NCBI GenBank assembly: GCA_002269645.1
Contig: NIVC01000593.1
Coordinates: 181,454 to 245,453 of the forward strand
Direction of reading: 5' to 3'
DNA from: Macrostomum lignano
Lineage: Eukaryota
Length of the DNA stretch: 64,000 bases
The first letter of the stretch is position 1. Each line of letters begins with the position of its first letter. Positions 23,990 to 36,470 of this stretch are shown one piece after another. The notes below the pieces were generated by a model. That model had not been told where the DNA came from, ran no database searches, and saw only the letters and a list, made by a program, of their open reading frames with translations. Both the position numbers and the translations under genes were made by a program.

Positions 23990-25515
23990 GGTTGCAGAGG
24001 GGGCAGAAGAGAGGCAGAGGGGGCAGAAGAGAGGCAGAGGGGGCAGAAGAGAGGCAGAGGGGGCAGAAGAGAGACAGAGGGGGCAGAAGAGAGGCAGAGG
24101 GGGCAGAAGAGAGGCAGAGGGGGCAGAAGAGAGGCAGAGGGGGCAGAAGAGAGGCAGAGGGGGCAGAAGAGAGGCAGAGGGGGCAGAAGAGAGGCAGAGG
24201 GAGCAGAAGAGAGGCAGAGGGGGCAGAAGAGAGGCAGAGGGGGCAGAAGAGAGGCAGAGGGGGCAGAAGAGAGGCAGAGGGGGCAGAAGAGAGGCAGAGG
24301 GGGCAGAAGAGAGGCAGAGGGGAGCAGAAGAGAGGCAGAGGGGGCAGAAGAGAGGCAGAGGGGAGCAGAAGAGAGGCAGAGGGGGCAGAAGAGAGGCAGA
24401 GGGGAGCAGAAGAGAGGCAGAGGGGGCAGAAGAAAGGCAGAGGGGGCAGAAGAGAGGCAGAGGGGGCAGAAGAGAGGCAGAGGGGGCAGAAGAGAGGCAG
24501 AGGGGAGCAGAAGAGAGGCAGAGGGGGCAGAAGAGAGGCAGAGGGGGCAGAAGAGAGGCAGAGGGGGCAGAAGAGAGGCAGAGGGAGCAGAAGAGAGGCA
24601 GAGGGGGCAGAAGAGAGGCAGAGGGGCAGAAGAGAGGCAGAGGGGGCAGAAGAGAGGCAGAGGGGGCAGAAGAGAGGCAGAGGGGGCAGAAGAGAGGCAG
24701 AGGGGAGCAGAAGAGAGGCAGAGGGGGCAGAAGAGAGGCAGAGGGGAGCAGAAGAGAGGCAGAGGGGGCAGAAGAGAGGCAGAGGGGAGCAGAAGAGAGG
24801 CAGAGGGGGCAGAAGAAAGGCAGAGGGGGCAGAAGAGAGGCAGAGGGGGCAGAAGAGAGGCAGAGGGGGCAGAAGAGAGGCAGAGGGGAGCAGAAGAGAG
24901 GCAGAGGGGGCAGAAGAGAGGCAGAGGGGGCAGAAGAGAGACAGAGGGGGCAGAAGAGAGGCAGAGGGAGCAGAAGAGAGGCAGAGGGGAGCAGAAGAGA
25001 GGCAGAGGGGGCAGAAGAGAGGCAGAGGGAGCAGAAGAGAGGCAGAGGGGGCAGAAGAGAGGCAGAGGGGGCAGAAGAGAGGCAGAGGGGGCAGAAGAGA
25101 GGCAGAGGGGGCAGAAGAGAGGCAGAGGGGGCAGAAGAGAGGCAGAGGGGAGCAGAAGAGAGGCAGAGGGGGCAGAAGAGAGGCAGAGGGGAGCAGAAGA
25201 GAGGCAGAGGGGGCAGAAGAGAGGCAGAGGGGAGCAGAAGAGAGGCAGAGGGGGCAGAAGAGAGGCAGAGGGAGCAGAAGAGAGGCAGAGGGGGCAGAAG
25301 AGAGGCAGAGGGAGCAGAAGAGAGGCAGAGGGGCAGAAGAGAGGCAGAGGGGGCAGAAGAGAGGCAGAGGGGGCAGAAGAGAGGCAGAGGGGGCAGAAGA
25401 GAGGCAGAGGGGGCAGAAGAGAGGCAGAGGGAGCAGAAGAGAGGCAGAGGGGGGCAGAAGAGAGGCAGAGGGGGGCAGAAGAGAGGCAGAGGGGGGAGAA
25501 GAGAGGCAGAGGGGA
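23990..25515. repeat. 20-bp purine-rich satellite (GCAGAGGGGGCAGAAGAGAG)n
   Basis: About 76 copies; plus strand essentially T-free; source of the spurious 500-aa ORFs. Confidence 0.98.
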
Positions 25516-25632
25516 GCAGAAGGACAGTAGGACAAGAGGGATATCATCTGTGCGCATATTAATGATATCAAATGTGTAAAGCACTTTAACTAAAGCACTT
25601 CACTCAAAGCTAATGGAAAACTCAATATTATT

Positions 25633-25670
25633 TGCGACGCGTTTCGGCTAAAACTAGCCATCTTCAGGCA
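25633..25670 (-). ncRNA. Minimal type I hammerhead ribozyme in the PLE 3' region
   Basis: Minus strand TGC-CTGAAGA-TGGCTAGTTTTAGCC-GAAA-CGCGTC-GCA: conserved core, stem II hairpin, palindromic stem III ACGCGT, GUC cleavage triplet, 3-bp stem I. Confidence 0.85.
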
Positions 25671-25869
25671 CTATCGAACAGAATTTATTTCAACCTATTA
25701 AATACTGTGTAGACGACAAAATCACGTATTGAAAAGATATAAAAGGACTAAAGGATCAATGTACAGTATAGCAATGTTCATAATATTTTTTGTGGAATGA
25801 CAGGACAGAGAAAAAGAGAGAGAGAGAGAGAGAGAGAATGAGGCGTATGCGCCCCAAATGTACTCTAGC

Positions 25870-26630
25870 TTAAAACACCAATAGCTGTTCACTCGCACCT
25901 CCTCCAGATAGTTGGACATTGAGAGTGGGTTTGTGTAACTTAATGTGCAGAGCTTCAAGAATGTTAAGTTTATGCTCATTTTTGCTGTTGTCTATGACCT
26001 TGAAATGAGAGGTTATGTCTGGCTCATCACAACAACCATGGCATTGCAGCAAATGTTCATGAATCGGAGAGTTTCGTTGCCTATGTTCCTTGGCTCTCGT
26101 GAGTAGGTGTCGCTTGGTTTTACCAATGTAGGTAATGCTCTGGTCAACAGAGCAACGAAAACGATAGATGACACCTGCCTTGAGAGCACATGGAACACGA
26201 GACTTTAAACTCCCAACAAATTGACTGACTTTATGAGTACGGAACACTACATGAATCTTAGTCTTAAAGAATTTTTGGCAAGTTTTGCGAATTTGCCTCT
26301 TAAACACAATCGAAGAGTTGCCCAAAAAAGGAAGAGTCAAGATTGGTTCTCCTGGTTCTCTATCTGGCCGCTTAGGTTTAAGCTTTTTTTCAATTTTTTC
26401 ATCTAAGAAATTACCAATAACCTTCATGATGTAGTTGATAGGGTATCCATTGGCAGTGAGAATATTGATAATGTTGGTAAACTCGTTGTGCAGCAACGAC
26501 CAAGAGCAACATACTGTATAGGCACGATGAAGCAGACAACGAATGACTCCCGTCTTCCATTCCCTGGGGCACAACGCCTGGAAATTAAGCATCAATTTAG
26601 TGAATGTGGGCTTGCGATACACTTCGGTCT
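25870..26630 (-). CDS. Penelope-type RT C-terminus plus GIY-YIG endonuclease (5'-truncated)
   Basis: TEVYRKPT...LLHRAYTVC...ILTANGYP and VIYRFRC...YIGKTKRHLLTRAKEH...LNILEALHI...PTLN; open to TAA at 25870. Confidence 0.92.
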
Positions 26631-27922
26631 GCGCTATTGAGACCGAAGTGTATCGCAAGCCCACATTCACTAAATTGATGCTTAATTTCCAGGCGTTGTG
26701 CCCCAGGGAATGGAAGACGGGAGTCATTCGTTGTCTGCTTCATCGTGCCTATACAGTATGTTGCTCTTGGTCGTTGCTGCACAACGAGTTTACCAACATT
26801 ATCAATATTCTCACTGCCAATGGATACCCTATCAACTACATCATGAAGGTTATTGGTAATTTCTTAGATGAAAAAATTGAAAAAAAGCTTAAACCTAAGC
26901 GGCCAGATAGAGAACCAGGAGAACCAATCTTGACTCTTCCTTTTTTGGGCAACTCTTCGATTGTGTTTAAGAGGCAAATTCGCAAAACTTGCCAAAAATT
27001 CTTTAAGACTAAGATTCATGTAGTGTTCCGTACTCATAAAGTCAGTCAATTTGTTGGGAGTTTAAAGTCTCGTGTTCCATGTGCTAATGGAGGCTCCATC
27101 ACATTGTCAATATTGTCAACATTGGCAAAAAGATCAGCCGGCAGAAGTCTGCAATATTTTCGAATTGAATCGCGAGGCCGGACAGGTGGGCGAACGCCCT
27201 GCTGTGAGAACGCTTTTTTTAGATTGTTTTTGTCAGCCAAACTTTTTTTAATTATGCAAATGCAGAATATTTTAACGCTTGATCAACCCTCCGATGCCCC
27301 CCTCTGCGTACGCGCCTCATCTGATGCAGATTAAGGTACAATTAAAAGCCTATAAATACACGATTAGTTCCCTGCTAAAGGTAATGCATAATAAAAACAC
27401 TTATTAGCATATGTGACCAAATAATTGTTGAAAAGATCCTTGATACCAGATTTAAGAATAGCAGCTGCAGATGTCTGAAACAAAGGTAAACAAATGGCGC
27501 TAATGGCAGGCCTACCTGTACAAGGTAGGGTCGTACTATATAGGGGACTTAGAGCCTATTGACTTGGGAAACTCTTATACAATACAAACTCGGGCTAGAT
27601 AACAATACAGGCGTGATACATGTTGTGAAAAGTCTCAATAAAGTTTTAGCGGCCAGCTCGAATACAAGCTATAGGTCAATGCCGATACCGAAGGCTCGGG
27701 TTGAGCGATTCTCACCTAGCTATAGCTATAAATGGGGAAATCTGTTGATTGCATTTGGCTTCCTGTACAGGCAGGCCATTGTCGCCACCAACACTACAGC
27801 CTATCGCTCTAAAATGCATTCTAGGGCTGAATTTTGATTGCGCAATAAGCTGTCGGGCTCTGTGAGAAGAGAAAACCTTATGGAATCAGCGATAAAATGT
27901 GAGTGAGAAGACTGCGACCAGT

Positions 27923-28001
27923 ATAGACGTTGGAACGTTTTAAAAAGTGGGGGGGGGCATGCCCCCCCCCCCACCTGGCCCCCTCCCGTTCCGACGCTTA
28001 T
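27923..28001. mobile_element. Tiny GC-core MITE
   Basis: Imperfect TIRs ATAGACGTTGGAAC / GTTCCGACGCTTAT (11/14) around G and C runs. Confidence 0.45.
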
Positions 28002-30194
28002 GGAGACAAAAGCAGAGAATGTTTATACTCATTCCCATCGAGAAATTCTGTCAGCACTAAGATAACATCAAAGTTTTCCAATTTTAAGCGTTGCTAGGGT
28101 CAGTGTTTACAACACTAAATTAATTAATGTCATAGATTTCCCATTTCAACTATGAGTTGTAAGGGGACAGCCAAAGTTGAACCATGTTCGTGCACATTGT
28201 ACAGGCAATTCGTTCAGCACTTGAGTTGAAGAAGTCTTATTGAAGAAGCCAGCAGCTAAATGGAACAGAAATGCGGGTCACTAGTGGAAAAGATGGCCTT
28301 CTTGTAAATGCTGGACCCTCCCTAGAGATCCCTCCCTAGGGGCTTGTCCATGCCTAGACATTACCTGCTAGTCCAGGCGGAATACATAGGGCTTTGAGCA
28401 TGCAATGGGCTATAAATTGACGATATATTTAGAGGTACAAGGAGACCAAATCAAGCAATTATAACTCTAACTTAATTACTGTACCTGTGCCTCCCGGTCC
28501 ACTAGAGAACAATTAAATATGAAATTCATCCCCATCTCATCACCCTCGAGCACCCAGAGACAAATTTTGACTGAACCGTTCCGTGTTCGAATAGTCACGA
28601 ATAGCCATCTTTCACAGAAGATAATAATCTTCTTTCACTGCAACTCTGGCACGGGTCAGTGAACTGATGGCTGCAATTCTGCAGTGGAAAGGCTTGGCAC
28701 AGTGCCAAATATTCCTAGATAAAAAAGCATAGCTTACTTTAAACATAATAAGGTGCAGACAGTGAGGCTGCATATGACAGCTGAAAATAGGACCCCCACC
28801 CTCCGATGCTTCAGTGGCGCTGCAAGCCCCACCCTCCGATGCTTCAGTGGCGGCCTCTATAGCCTCACCCTTGGATGCTTCAGTGACTCTGCAAACTACC
28901 AAAAGTTTAAAATTTCAAGTCCTTACTCAATGCTGATAAGATAAAACGATAAGAAAAATGCAAGTAACAATTTGGCAGATTTAAAAAGAAGACAATTTTG
29001 CACGAGAGAAATTTTCAGTTGAATACTATCAATACAGTCAGGAAGCAGAGACTGTCATACAGACTAAAGTCTTTGTTGCTCCAACTAACGTGTAAACAAA
29101 GAGCGAAGCCAACAAGAGATTGACAATCCGGCGCATAACGATTGTGCAATGTGCAAATCTTTATCTGCAACGGTGGCGTCACAGTCAGGGCAGTGAATAG
29201 AATGTGATTCGGGCGGATAAATCAACACTGACAGCCTCTGGCGGCACCATATTCCAGCTTTCAATATGTTGATCTAGTCGATCCGTCGATATGTTGATCC
29301 GTAGCTAAGCTACGGATAAGCCAGGTGTAGCCACGGTCTTTGTTCCGCCGATACAAGCGAGTTCAAACATGCTTTGATAAATTCAATGAGACACGCTGTT
29401 GCTAAATACTCTCTATATTGCTGCTTATGTTGCTAAGGCTGCATGGATGGACCCACCGCACGGCGGAAGTAGAGATTGGCCAAGCAAGACTCTGCAACTA
29501 AACACTTCTTCGCTACTGTGTCCGGATCACCTGCCTGCTTGACTCTATGGCTCCAGAGTATAAGACTCAAAGGTTGGTCACTCATTGACAGCTAATTCAG
29601 CGAGCAATATGATACCTGCTCGGATAGCAACTGCGTCAAAACTGTTAGCCAAAATTTCAACGTTCTTTATTAAAGAATTAGATCGCGTATATTTATCCCA
29701 TTATCGACGGGAGCAATCTTCTAGTCTCCGTTTCCTATGGCAATGGTTCTCACAGGCAGCCCTTATTAGGAGATTGGATTCTCATTAGCTCAGCGGGAAA
29801 ATCTTTCAAATGGTCCCTTTACCGTCTCAAAATCTTCTCGGCTGAGCGACTTTCTATGCATTCCCATTGCAGACACCCGACCCGTACCGGCGTTTTTTTC
29901 TATCTCACCTGTTTCGCATGACCAGCTAAAAAATTCAAACGGAAAGAATTAATAATATAGTGAAATTCGAGCAGCCGGTAATTCATCAGTTCGATTGTTG
30001 GAATTGTTGTTCGAATAGTCAAGTGAGCAACTTTTTTATTGGAGTTGCTATGAGAGAGAGAGATCAGAATAGAGAGAGGGGAGGTGTGAGGGAGAGAGGA
30101 AGGGGTAGAGAGGACGGCAAAAGAGAGATAGACTATAGTAGACCAAAGAGAAATAGGAAGAGGAGAGAGGGAAGGGGAGATGAGATAGAAGAGA

Positions 30195-30715
30195 GAGCCG
30201 AGATTCCGGGAAAGTGATTCAGGGAAAGAGAGTTGAGATTCAGAGAAATAGAGTTGAGATTCAGGGGAAGAGAGAAGAGATTCCGGGAAAGAGAGGTGAG
30301 ATTCAGGGAAGAGAGGAGAGATTCCGGGAAAGAGAGGAGAGATTCCGGGAAAGAGAGGAGAGATTCCGGGAAAGAGAGGAGAGATTCCGGGAAAGAGAGG
30401 AGAGATTCCGGGAAAGAGAGGAGAGGTTCAGGTAAAGAGAGGTGAGATTCAGGGTAAGAGAGGTGAGATTCAGGGAAAGAGAGGAGAGATTCCGGGAAAG
30501 AGAGGAGAGGTTCAGGTAAAGAGAGGTGAGATTCAGGGTAAGAGAGGTGAAATTCAGGGAAAGAGAGGAGAGGTTCGGGGTAAAGAGAGAGAGGTTCAAG
30601 GAAAGAGAGGAGAGGTTCAGGGTAAGAGAGGTGAGATTAAGGGAAAGAGAGGAGAGGTTCAGGTAAAGAGAGGTGAGATTCAGGGAAAGAGAGGAGAGGT
30701 TCAGGGAGAAAGAGA
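30195..30715. repeat. 21-bp purine-rich minisatellite (AGAGAGGAGAGATTCCGGGAA)n
   Basis: About 24 variant copies. Confidence 0.93.
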
Positions 30716-31177
30716 GAGAAGGACTTGATGTTTCCCGATTAGCTATGAAAAGGAACACTCATGATACTCATCCATCACTGAGGGTGAGCAACCCAGAAGA
30801 CTCAAATACCTTGTGTTTCTCTAGGACAGGCGCTGGTTGTTGAGATTCAGTGTTTCTCGTAGCTTGACCGCGTCTACTGACCAATAGAAGGCGTTCCCCT
30901 GCTCTAACTGGTCCCAGCCAATGAGAGCGGGCGAACAGGCACTCCCCCACTCCCCCTAGCAAGACCATAAATTATATTGCGCCACACCACCAGTCCTGAA
31001 CCAAGTCACTCTTAAACAACAAATCAGCAAAGCAAGACAAGACTCTTTGAATCGCTTGAATTTTTTTAATTGTTCGAACAAAAACTTGTTTAGAAAAGCG
31101 GCCGGGTCAGACCGATGACTCTCGCGTTTGAGGAAGACAAGAAGAATCCTTCTTCTACAGGCGCTGACGAGCATTCA

Positions 31178-31195
31178 ATGCAACTGTCTGCTGAG
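31178..31195 (+). CDS. ARHGAP19: ARHGAP19-like RhoGAP, predicted exon 1 (MQLSAE)
   Basis: ATG, 6 codons, strong donor GAG|GTAAGT, phase 0 fits next exon; upstream acceptor tcttctacag at 31160. Confidence 0.55.
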
Positions 31196-31397
31196 GTAAG
31201 TTTCAAGTGTTGCTTGCTTTTGTACAAGGCAAACAAATTTGACTTCTGCAACAGCCTCAATTCTTCCTAAGTCCTTCGATCTGCGGTCTTCAGTTGCCGT
31301 TGAGCACTATTGAGTACTATTTTACAGGGAGCAGTGGCCCCGATCATAATTCCAGGGGACAGCTGCACCCCTCTGCCCCCGTTTCGCAGGCGTTTGT

Positions 31398-31750
31398 TCT
31401 CTACTCATCTCTACTCATCTCTACTCATCTCACTCATTTCTACTCATTTCTAATCATCTCTACTCATTTCTACTCATTTCTAATCATCTCTACTCTTCTC
31501 TACTCATCTCTACTAATCTCTACTCATCTCACTCATCTCTACTCATTTCTACTCATCTCTAATCATTTCTACTAATTTCTACTCACTTCTGCTCGCTTCT
31601 ACTCATTTATAATCATTTCTACTCACTTCTAATCATCTCTACTCATCTCTAATCATTTCCACTCATCTCTACTCACTTCTACTCATCTCTAATCATTTCT
31701 ACTCATTTCTACTCATTTCTACTCACTTCTACTCACTTCTACTCATTCTA
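31398..31750. repeat. ~10-bp minisatellite (CTACTCATCT)n, RhoGAP intron 1
   Basis: Direct reading. Confidence 0.9.
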
Positions 31751-31797
31751 CTTCTCAATCACGTGACCAGCATAGGCAGCCAACCCCGCTAATCCAG

Positions 31798-32083
31798 CAG
31801 GACTGCACCAGCCGCTACTGCCGGCGCCTCGACTCCGTGCTGAACCCGCGCCCCGACGGTCCAACGCCGGGTGACGCCCGCCTGGCAGAGACTGCGCGCC
31901 TGTTTCGGCGCCTCCGACCTGAGCAATTCTGCGAACTGGCCAGAGTTCACCTGGCCTTCCTGCTGGAGCTGCCGCACTTTGAAGGTGACGAAGACGAAGG
32001 CGACGTCGTTAGAGGAGGAAGCGGCAGCAGCGGCAGAAGGACAAGTTTCCGGTTGCTGCCCAGACTGCCTGGCCTGAGGAGGC
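31798..32083 (+). CDS. ARHGAP19: ARHGAP19-like, exon 2
   Basis: RLFRRLRPEQFCELARVHLAFLLEL parallels ARHGAP19 EKLRHEKPEIFTELVVSNITRLIDL; NAGNAG acceptor, donor C|GTGAGT phase 1. Confidence 0.8.
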
Positions 32084-32304
32084 GTGAGTAGCTATCTTAA
32101 CAAAACAGATTCATTGCATCAAGTAGATCCTGGGTTCGATTCCCCGTAGCCTAAGTTTTTTAGTTAGGGCCTTGACCAGGGTCTTGGGGTACGAAAGTAC
32201 ACCGCTAATCCCAGCCTTAATCCAGCCCACTCCAGCCGATGCAGCATGCGCCTCGGATAAATACGGCATGCTTATGAATGTGTCACCTGCTTAGCCCGCC
32301 TCTG

Positions 32305-32490
32305 CTCTCCTCTCCCTCTCCTCTCCTTCCCTTCTCATCTCTCCCTCCCTCTCTTCCATTTTCCCCTCTCCTCTCCCTCATCTCTCTCTCCTCTCCCTCA
32401 TTTCTCTCCTCTCTCTCCCTCTCTTCTCCTTCGCCTCTCATCTCTCCCTCTCCTCTCTCCCTCATCTCGCCCCTCTTCTCTCCTCTCTAG
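32305..32490. repeat. CT-rich low-complexity tract, RhoGAP intron 2
   Basis: Nearly pure pyrimidine on plus strand. Confidence 0.85.
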
Positions 32491-33315
32491 CTCGTATGTA
32501 GCCACATCAGACAGCACAGGCCCCGCAGCCATGATCCAGCGAGCCCCTTAAGGTATAAGATGTTGCCAAGCTGAAGTCTAAGATACATATGGGCTATTTT
32601 ACTATAGCAAAGACATTGTATAAACAAAAAAGAGGAGGGCTCGCTTATTCGAGTCAAAGCATCAAACTGATCCACTTATGCAGCCCTGAGGCACAAATTG
32701 AGGAACAAAAAACATACACAAATTTGCAATTTCAAATCGCAGAACATCGGACGAACTCATAAAAATAATTTTTAGTTACTATGCTAGGCTTGTAATGTGG
32801 AATCTTCCGCGAACTAATGAGTGGCAGGCCTGAGAAGGTGGCCAATATTGCTGTGACTAATCTTGTAAAATGCTCATCAAGTAGTAGACAATAGTAGTGG
32901 AATTGCTGCAGGGCAGGGGGACTCCCCCCACTGTTGCTGGCCCCCAACAGTGCTGATTGAGTTATAAGAGCCACTTCTAACCCCAGACAGTCACTGGCCT
33001 GAGGCATGGTCACTATTTTATATTGTGACACAAATAGGCCAGTGAGAACAATGCTTTAAGTGTTTGTAGCAACGAGGTGCAAAAAGCACACAGCAGATGG
33101 GGTGCTAAACTCGCTGTGACGTCACGAGCAGCTCAGGATGGGGAGTGGTACGGACTTGGGAGTTGCCGTGAGACTGGCCACTGTGGCCAGAAGGGGCTCA
33201 TTCGCGGCCACTTTGGAGGCGAAAACTGCCCCGAGGACTCGAAACAGACTGCAGGGGGCATTGTGCACAGATTGATTCTGAGTGGATGGCTTGATTTATG
33301 GATTGTGGGGCAAGG

Positions 33316-33733
<418 letters not shown>

Positions 33734-33785
33734 CAGCTGGATCATAAAAGCAACAATTACCACCAAACAAAAAACCCAATTGCAG

Positions 33786-33932
33786 TGGCGGTTCGCAGCC
33801 AGAGCAACCTCCCAGCTTCATCATTCTCGGCCACATCATTCGCTGCAAATCGCGTCGGCCGTCCCGGTGGCGTCTCGGGACCCGTGGCCGCCGGGCTGTC
33901 GCTGCTGTTGCGTCACCTGCACGAGGGGGACC
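33786..33932 (+). CDS. ARHGAP19: ARHGAP19-like, exon 3
   Basis: ...GLSLLLRHLHEGD leads into the GAP domain; acceptor ttgcag|, donor C|GTGAGT, phase 1/1. Confidence 0.75.
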
Positions 33933-34424
33933 GTGAGTTCTCAGGCATTTAAACAAATTGCAAATCCAGCTTCTCTACGACATCACACGCAGCCAGCAAG
34001 GCTAATTTTATCGCTCACTTCAAGAGGCAATTCTTCAACGAACCCCCTGCCGCGGCCGGCCCAAATCCCCAAAACAATGACGTCATTCCCGGATGGAAGA
34101 CGCATTAAAAACATGCCCCATCCGAGTTGAAATTAGCAACCACTCGAGCGTTTCAAGCAGCTCGCAGTCGATAAAAATACGATTAGCAAAAAACAGACAA
34201 TAAATAATGAGTTGGCGTAATCTGAGCCGGGCTTCTTAATTTTGGAAATTCTTGGGATATTTTTATAATTGCCCAGATCAAGATTATTCCAAATCGTACC
34301 AATTTACCAATTTTTATTGACCGTCAGGATACACTCAGTGCCTTCAAATGGAGGGTCGGCAGTCACATTACTGACTCATATGTGACCTACCTACAAGATC
34401 ACGACCCATCGTAGACTCAGCGTC

Positions 34425-34720
34425 GACCATTCGTTGACCCATCACCGACCCATCACTGACCCATCACTGACCTATCACCGACACATTGTTAACCTATCAC
34501 TGATCCATCGTTGACCCATCACCGATCCATCGTTGACCCATCACTGATCCATCGTTGACCCATCATCGATCTATCGTTGACTCATCACCGACCCATCACT
34601 TAATCCATCACTTACCCATCATCGATCCATCATCGATCCATCACTGACCCATCACCGACCCATCACTGACCCATCACCGACCCATCATTGACCCATCACC
34701 GACCCATCACTGACCCATTT
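34425..34720. repeat. Degenerate 11-bp minisatellite (GACCCATCACY)n, RhoGAP intron 3
   Basis: Runs up to the exon 4 acceptor. Confidence 0.9.
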
Positions 34721-34728
34721 CACCGCAG

Positions 34729-34932
34729 GCTACAAAACCGAAGGCATCTTCCGCAAGACCGGCAGCTGCGGTCGCCAGAAGGAGCTTCAACGCTGCCTTC
34801 TCGCTGGTGGTCGACCTCAACTTGATGCCTTCACAGTTCACGACGTGGCCAGCGTGCTCAAGCAGCTGCTGAGGTGCCCTGAGGAGCCACTCCTCAACGA
34901 TCGCCACCTGGAAATCCTCGTCGCTATTGGAG
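34729..34932 (+). CDS. ARHGAP19: ARHGAP19-like, exon 4 (arginine finger)
   Basis: YKTEGIFRKTGSCGRQKEL...HDVASVLKQLL...EPLL; acceptor ccgcag|, donor G|GTGAGA. Confidence 0.92.
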
Positions 34933-35002
34933 GTGAGAAGCCAGAGATTTAAAGTTTATCGTAACGGCCTAACTTATTCATTTCCGTCCCTGACTCTTGC
35001 AG

Positions 35003-35247
35003 ATCTCGACGAGAAGATGCTGCGGACCGATAGCAAAGGTTTGCCGGCCCAGCCCCCGCTCCTTCTGCGCTGCCGCCGGCTTCGGGCTGCTCGACTGCTG
35101 ATGCAGCTGCTGCCAGACGGTAGCGCCCGCCTGCTGGCCCGCCTGTTGCGACTCCTTGCCGCGGTAGCTGCGGCTCCGGTGACCCGGATGTCCTGCGCTA
35201 CGCTGGGCACCGTGTTCGGCCCCGTGCTGCTGGGGAACAGCAAGTCG
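35003..35247 (+). CDS. ARHGAP19: ARHGAP19-like, exon 5
   Basis: RLLMQLLPDGSARLLARLLRLL...RMSCATLGTVFGPVLL RhoGAP helices; 70-bp intron upstream; donor |GTGAGT. Confidence 0.92.
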
Positions 35248-35263
35248 GTGAGTTTTCTGGCCT

Positions 35264-35712
35264 GACCCATTCGGTGACCCATTCGGTGACCCATTCGGTG
35301 ACCCATTCGGTGACCCATTCGGTGACCCATTCGGTGACCCATTCGGTGACCCATTCGGTGACCCATTCGGTGACCCATTCGGTGACCCATTCGGTGACCC
35401 ATTCGGTGACCCATTCGGTGACCCATTCGGTGACCCATTCGGTGACCCATTCGGTGACCCATTCGGTGACCCATTCGGTGACCCATTCGGTGACCCATTC
35501 GGTGACCCATTCGGTGACCCATTCGGTGACCCATTCGGTGACCCATTCGGTGACCCATTCGGTGACCCATTCGGTGACCATTCGGTGACCCATTCGGTGA
35601 CCCATTCGGTGACCCATTCGGTGACCCATTCGGTGACCCATTCGGTGACCCATTCGGTGACCCATTCGGTGACCCATTCGGTGACCCATTCGGTGACCCA
35701 TTCGGTGACCCA
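35264..35712. repeat. Highly homogeneous 12-bp minisatellite (GACCCATTCGGT)n, ~37 copies, RhoGAP intron 5
   Basis: Perfect copies apart from one 1-bp deletion near 35579. Confidence 0.98.
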
Positions 35713-35773
35713 ACAACTAGTCAGCCTACAAAAATGTACATCAAGAGCACCAACTGTACTTACATCCCCTCAG

Positions 35774-35860
35774 TCCGAGCCGGGTCAAGTCCAAAAAAGA
35801 ATCGAAAGTTTGAACAGCGCCACAGCCTTTCTCATCGCCAACTGCTCAACAATTCGACTG
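35774..35860 (+). CDS. ARHGAP19: ARHGAP19-like, exon 6
   Basis: QKRIESLNSATAFLIANCSTIRL parallels ARHGAP19 QENITKLNSGMAFMIKHSQKLFK; phase 0/0. Confidence 0.88.
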
Positions 35861-35929
35861 GTGAGTTTTAGTTTATTCTTACTTTCACCCTGATGTAATC
35901 ACTCTCAGTCTCACTCTGATATAATCTCG

Positions 35930-36410
35930 CACGATGTCACTCCAACAGTTACTTTAACAGGTACTTCAACTTCCAACAATCTACAATATCAAAATATCTC
36001 TTTAACAGTCACTCTATTAGTCACTCTAACATTCACTCTAACAGTCACTCTTGTCACTCCAACAGTCACTCCCACTGTCACTCCAACAGACACTTTTACT
36101 GTCACTCCAACAGACCTTCTCACTGTCACTCCAACAGACACTCTCACAGTCACTCCAACAGACACTCTCACAGTCACTCCAACAGTCACTCTCACTGTCA
36201 TTCTCACTGTCACTCCAACTCTCACAGTCATTCTCACTGTCACTCCAACTCTCACAGTCACTCCAACTCTCACAGTCACTCCAACTCTCACAGTCACTCC
36301 AACTCTCACAGTCACTCCAACTCTCACAGTCACTCCAACTCTCACAGTCACTCCAACTCTCACAGTCACTCCAACTCTCACAGTCACTCCAACAGTCACT
36401 TTAACAGTCG
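35930..36410. repeat. 18-bp minisatellite (CAGTCACTCCAACTCTCA)n, RhoGAP intron 6
   Basis: Direct reading. Confidence 0.92.
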
Positions 36411-36470
36411 CTAAAAACAGCCCAGCATTCACTTATGCCGTCCGTAACCGCCATTCAATCAATCCATCAG

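Larger units (their letters stand above)
25600..27085 (-). mobile_element. 5'-truncated Penelope-like element with inverted duplication of its 5' part
   Basis: RT thumb/linker plus GIY-YIG ORF on minus strand, 3' UTR hammerhead, inverted arm 26640-27085. Confidence 0.93.

Noticed and set aside
23925-25584. Three ORFs of 512-548 aa
   Set aside because: Translations of the 20-bp satellite, which lacks stops; no coding complexity
29400-29560. Possible RTE LINE 3' remnant (WMDPPHGGS...)
   Set aside because: Resemblance too short and degenerate to support without a search
32120-32160. tRNA-like B box GGTTCGATTCC
   Set aside because: No A box or cloverleaf; at most a SINE fragment
34974-36432. 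GHRM / VTEW / THSV / VTVR repeat ORFs
   Set aside because: Intronic 12- and 18-bp minisatellites of the RhoGAP gene
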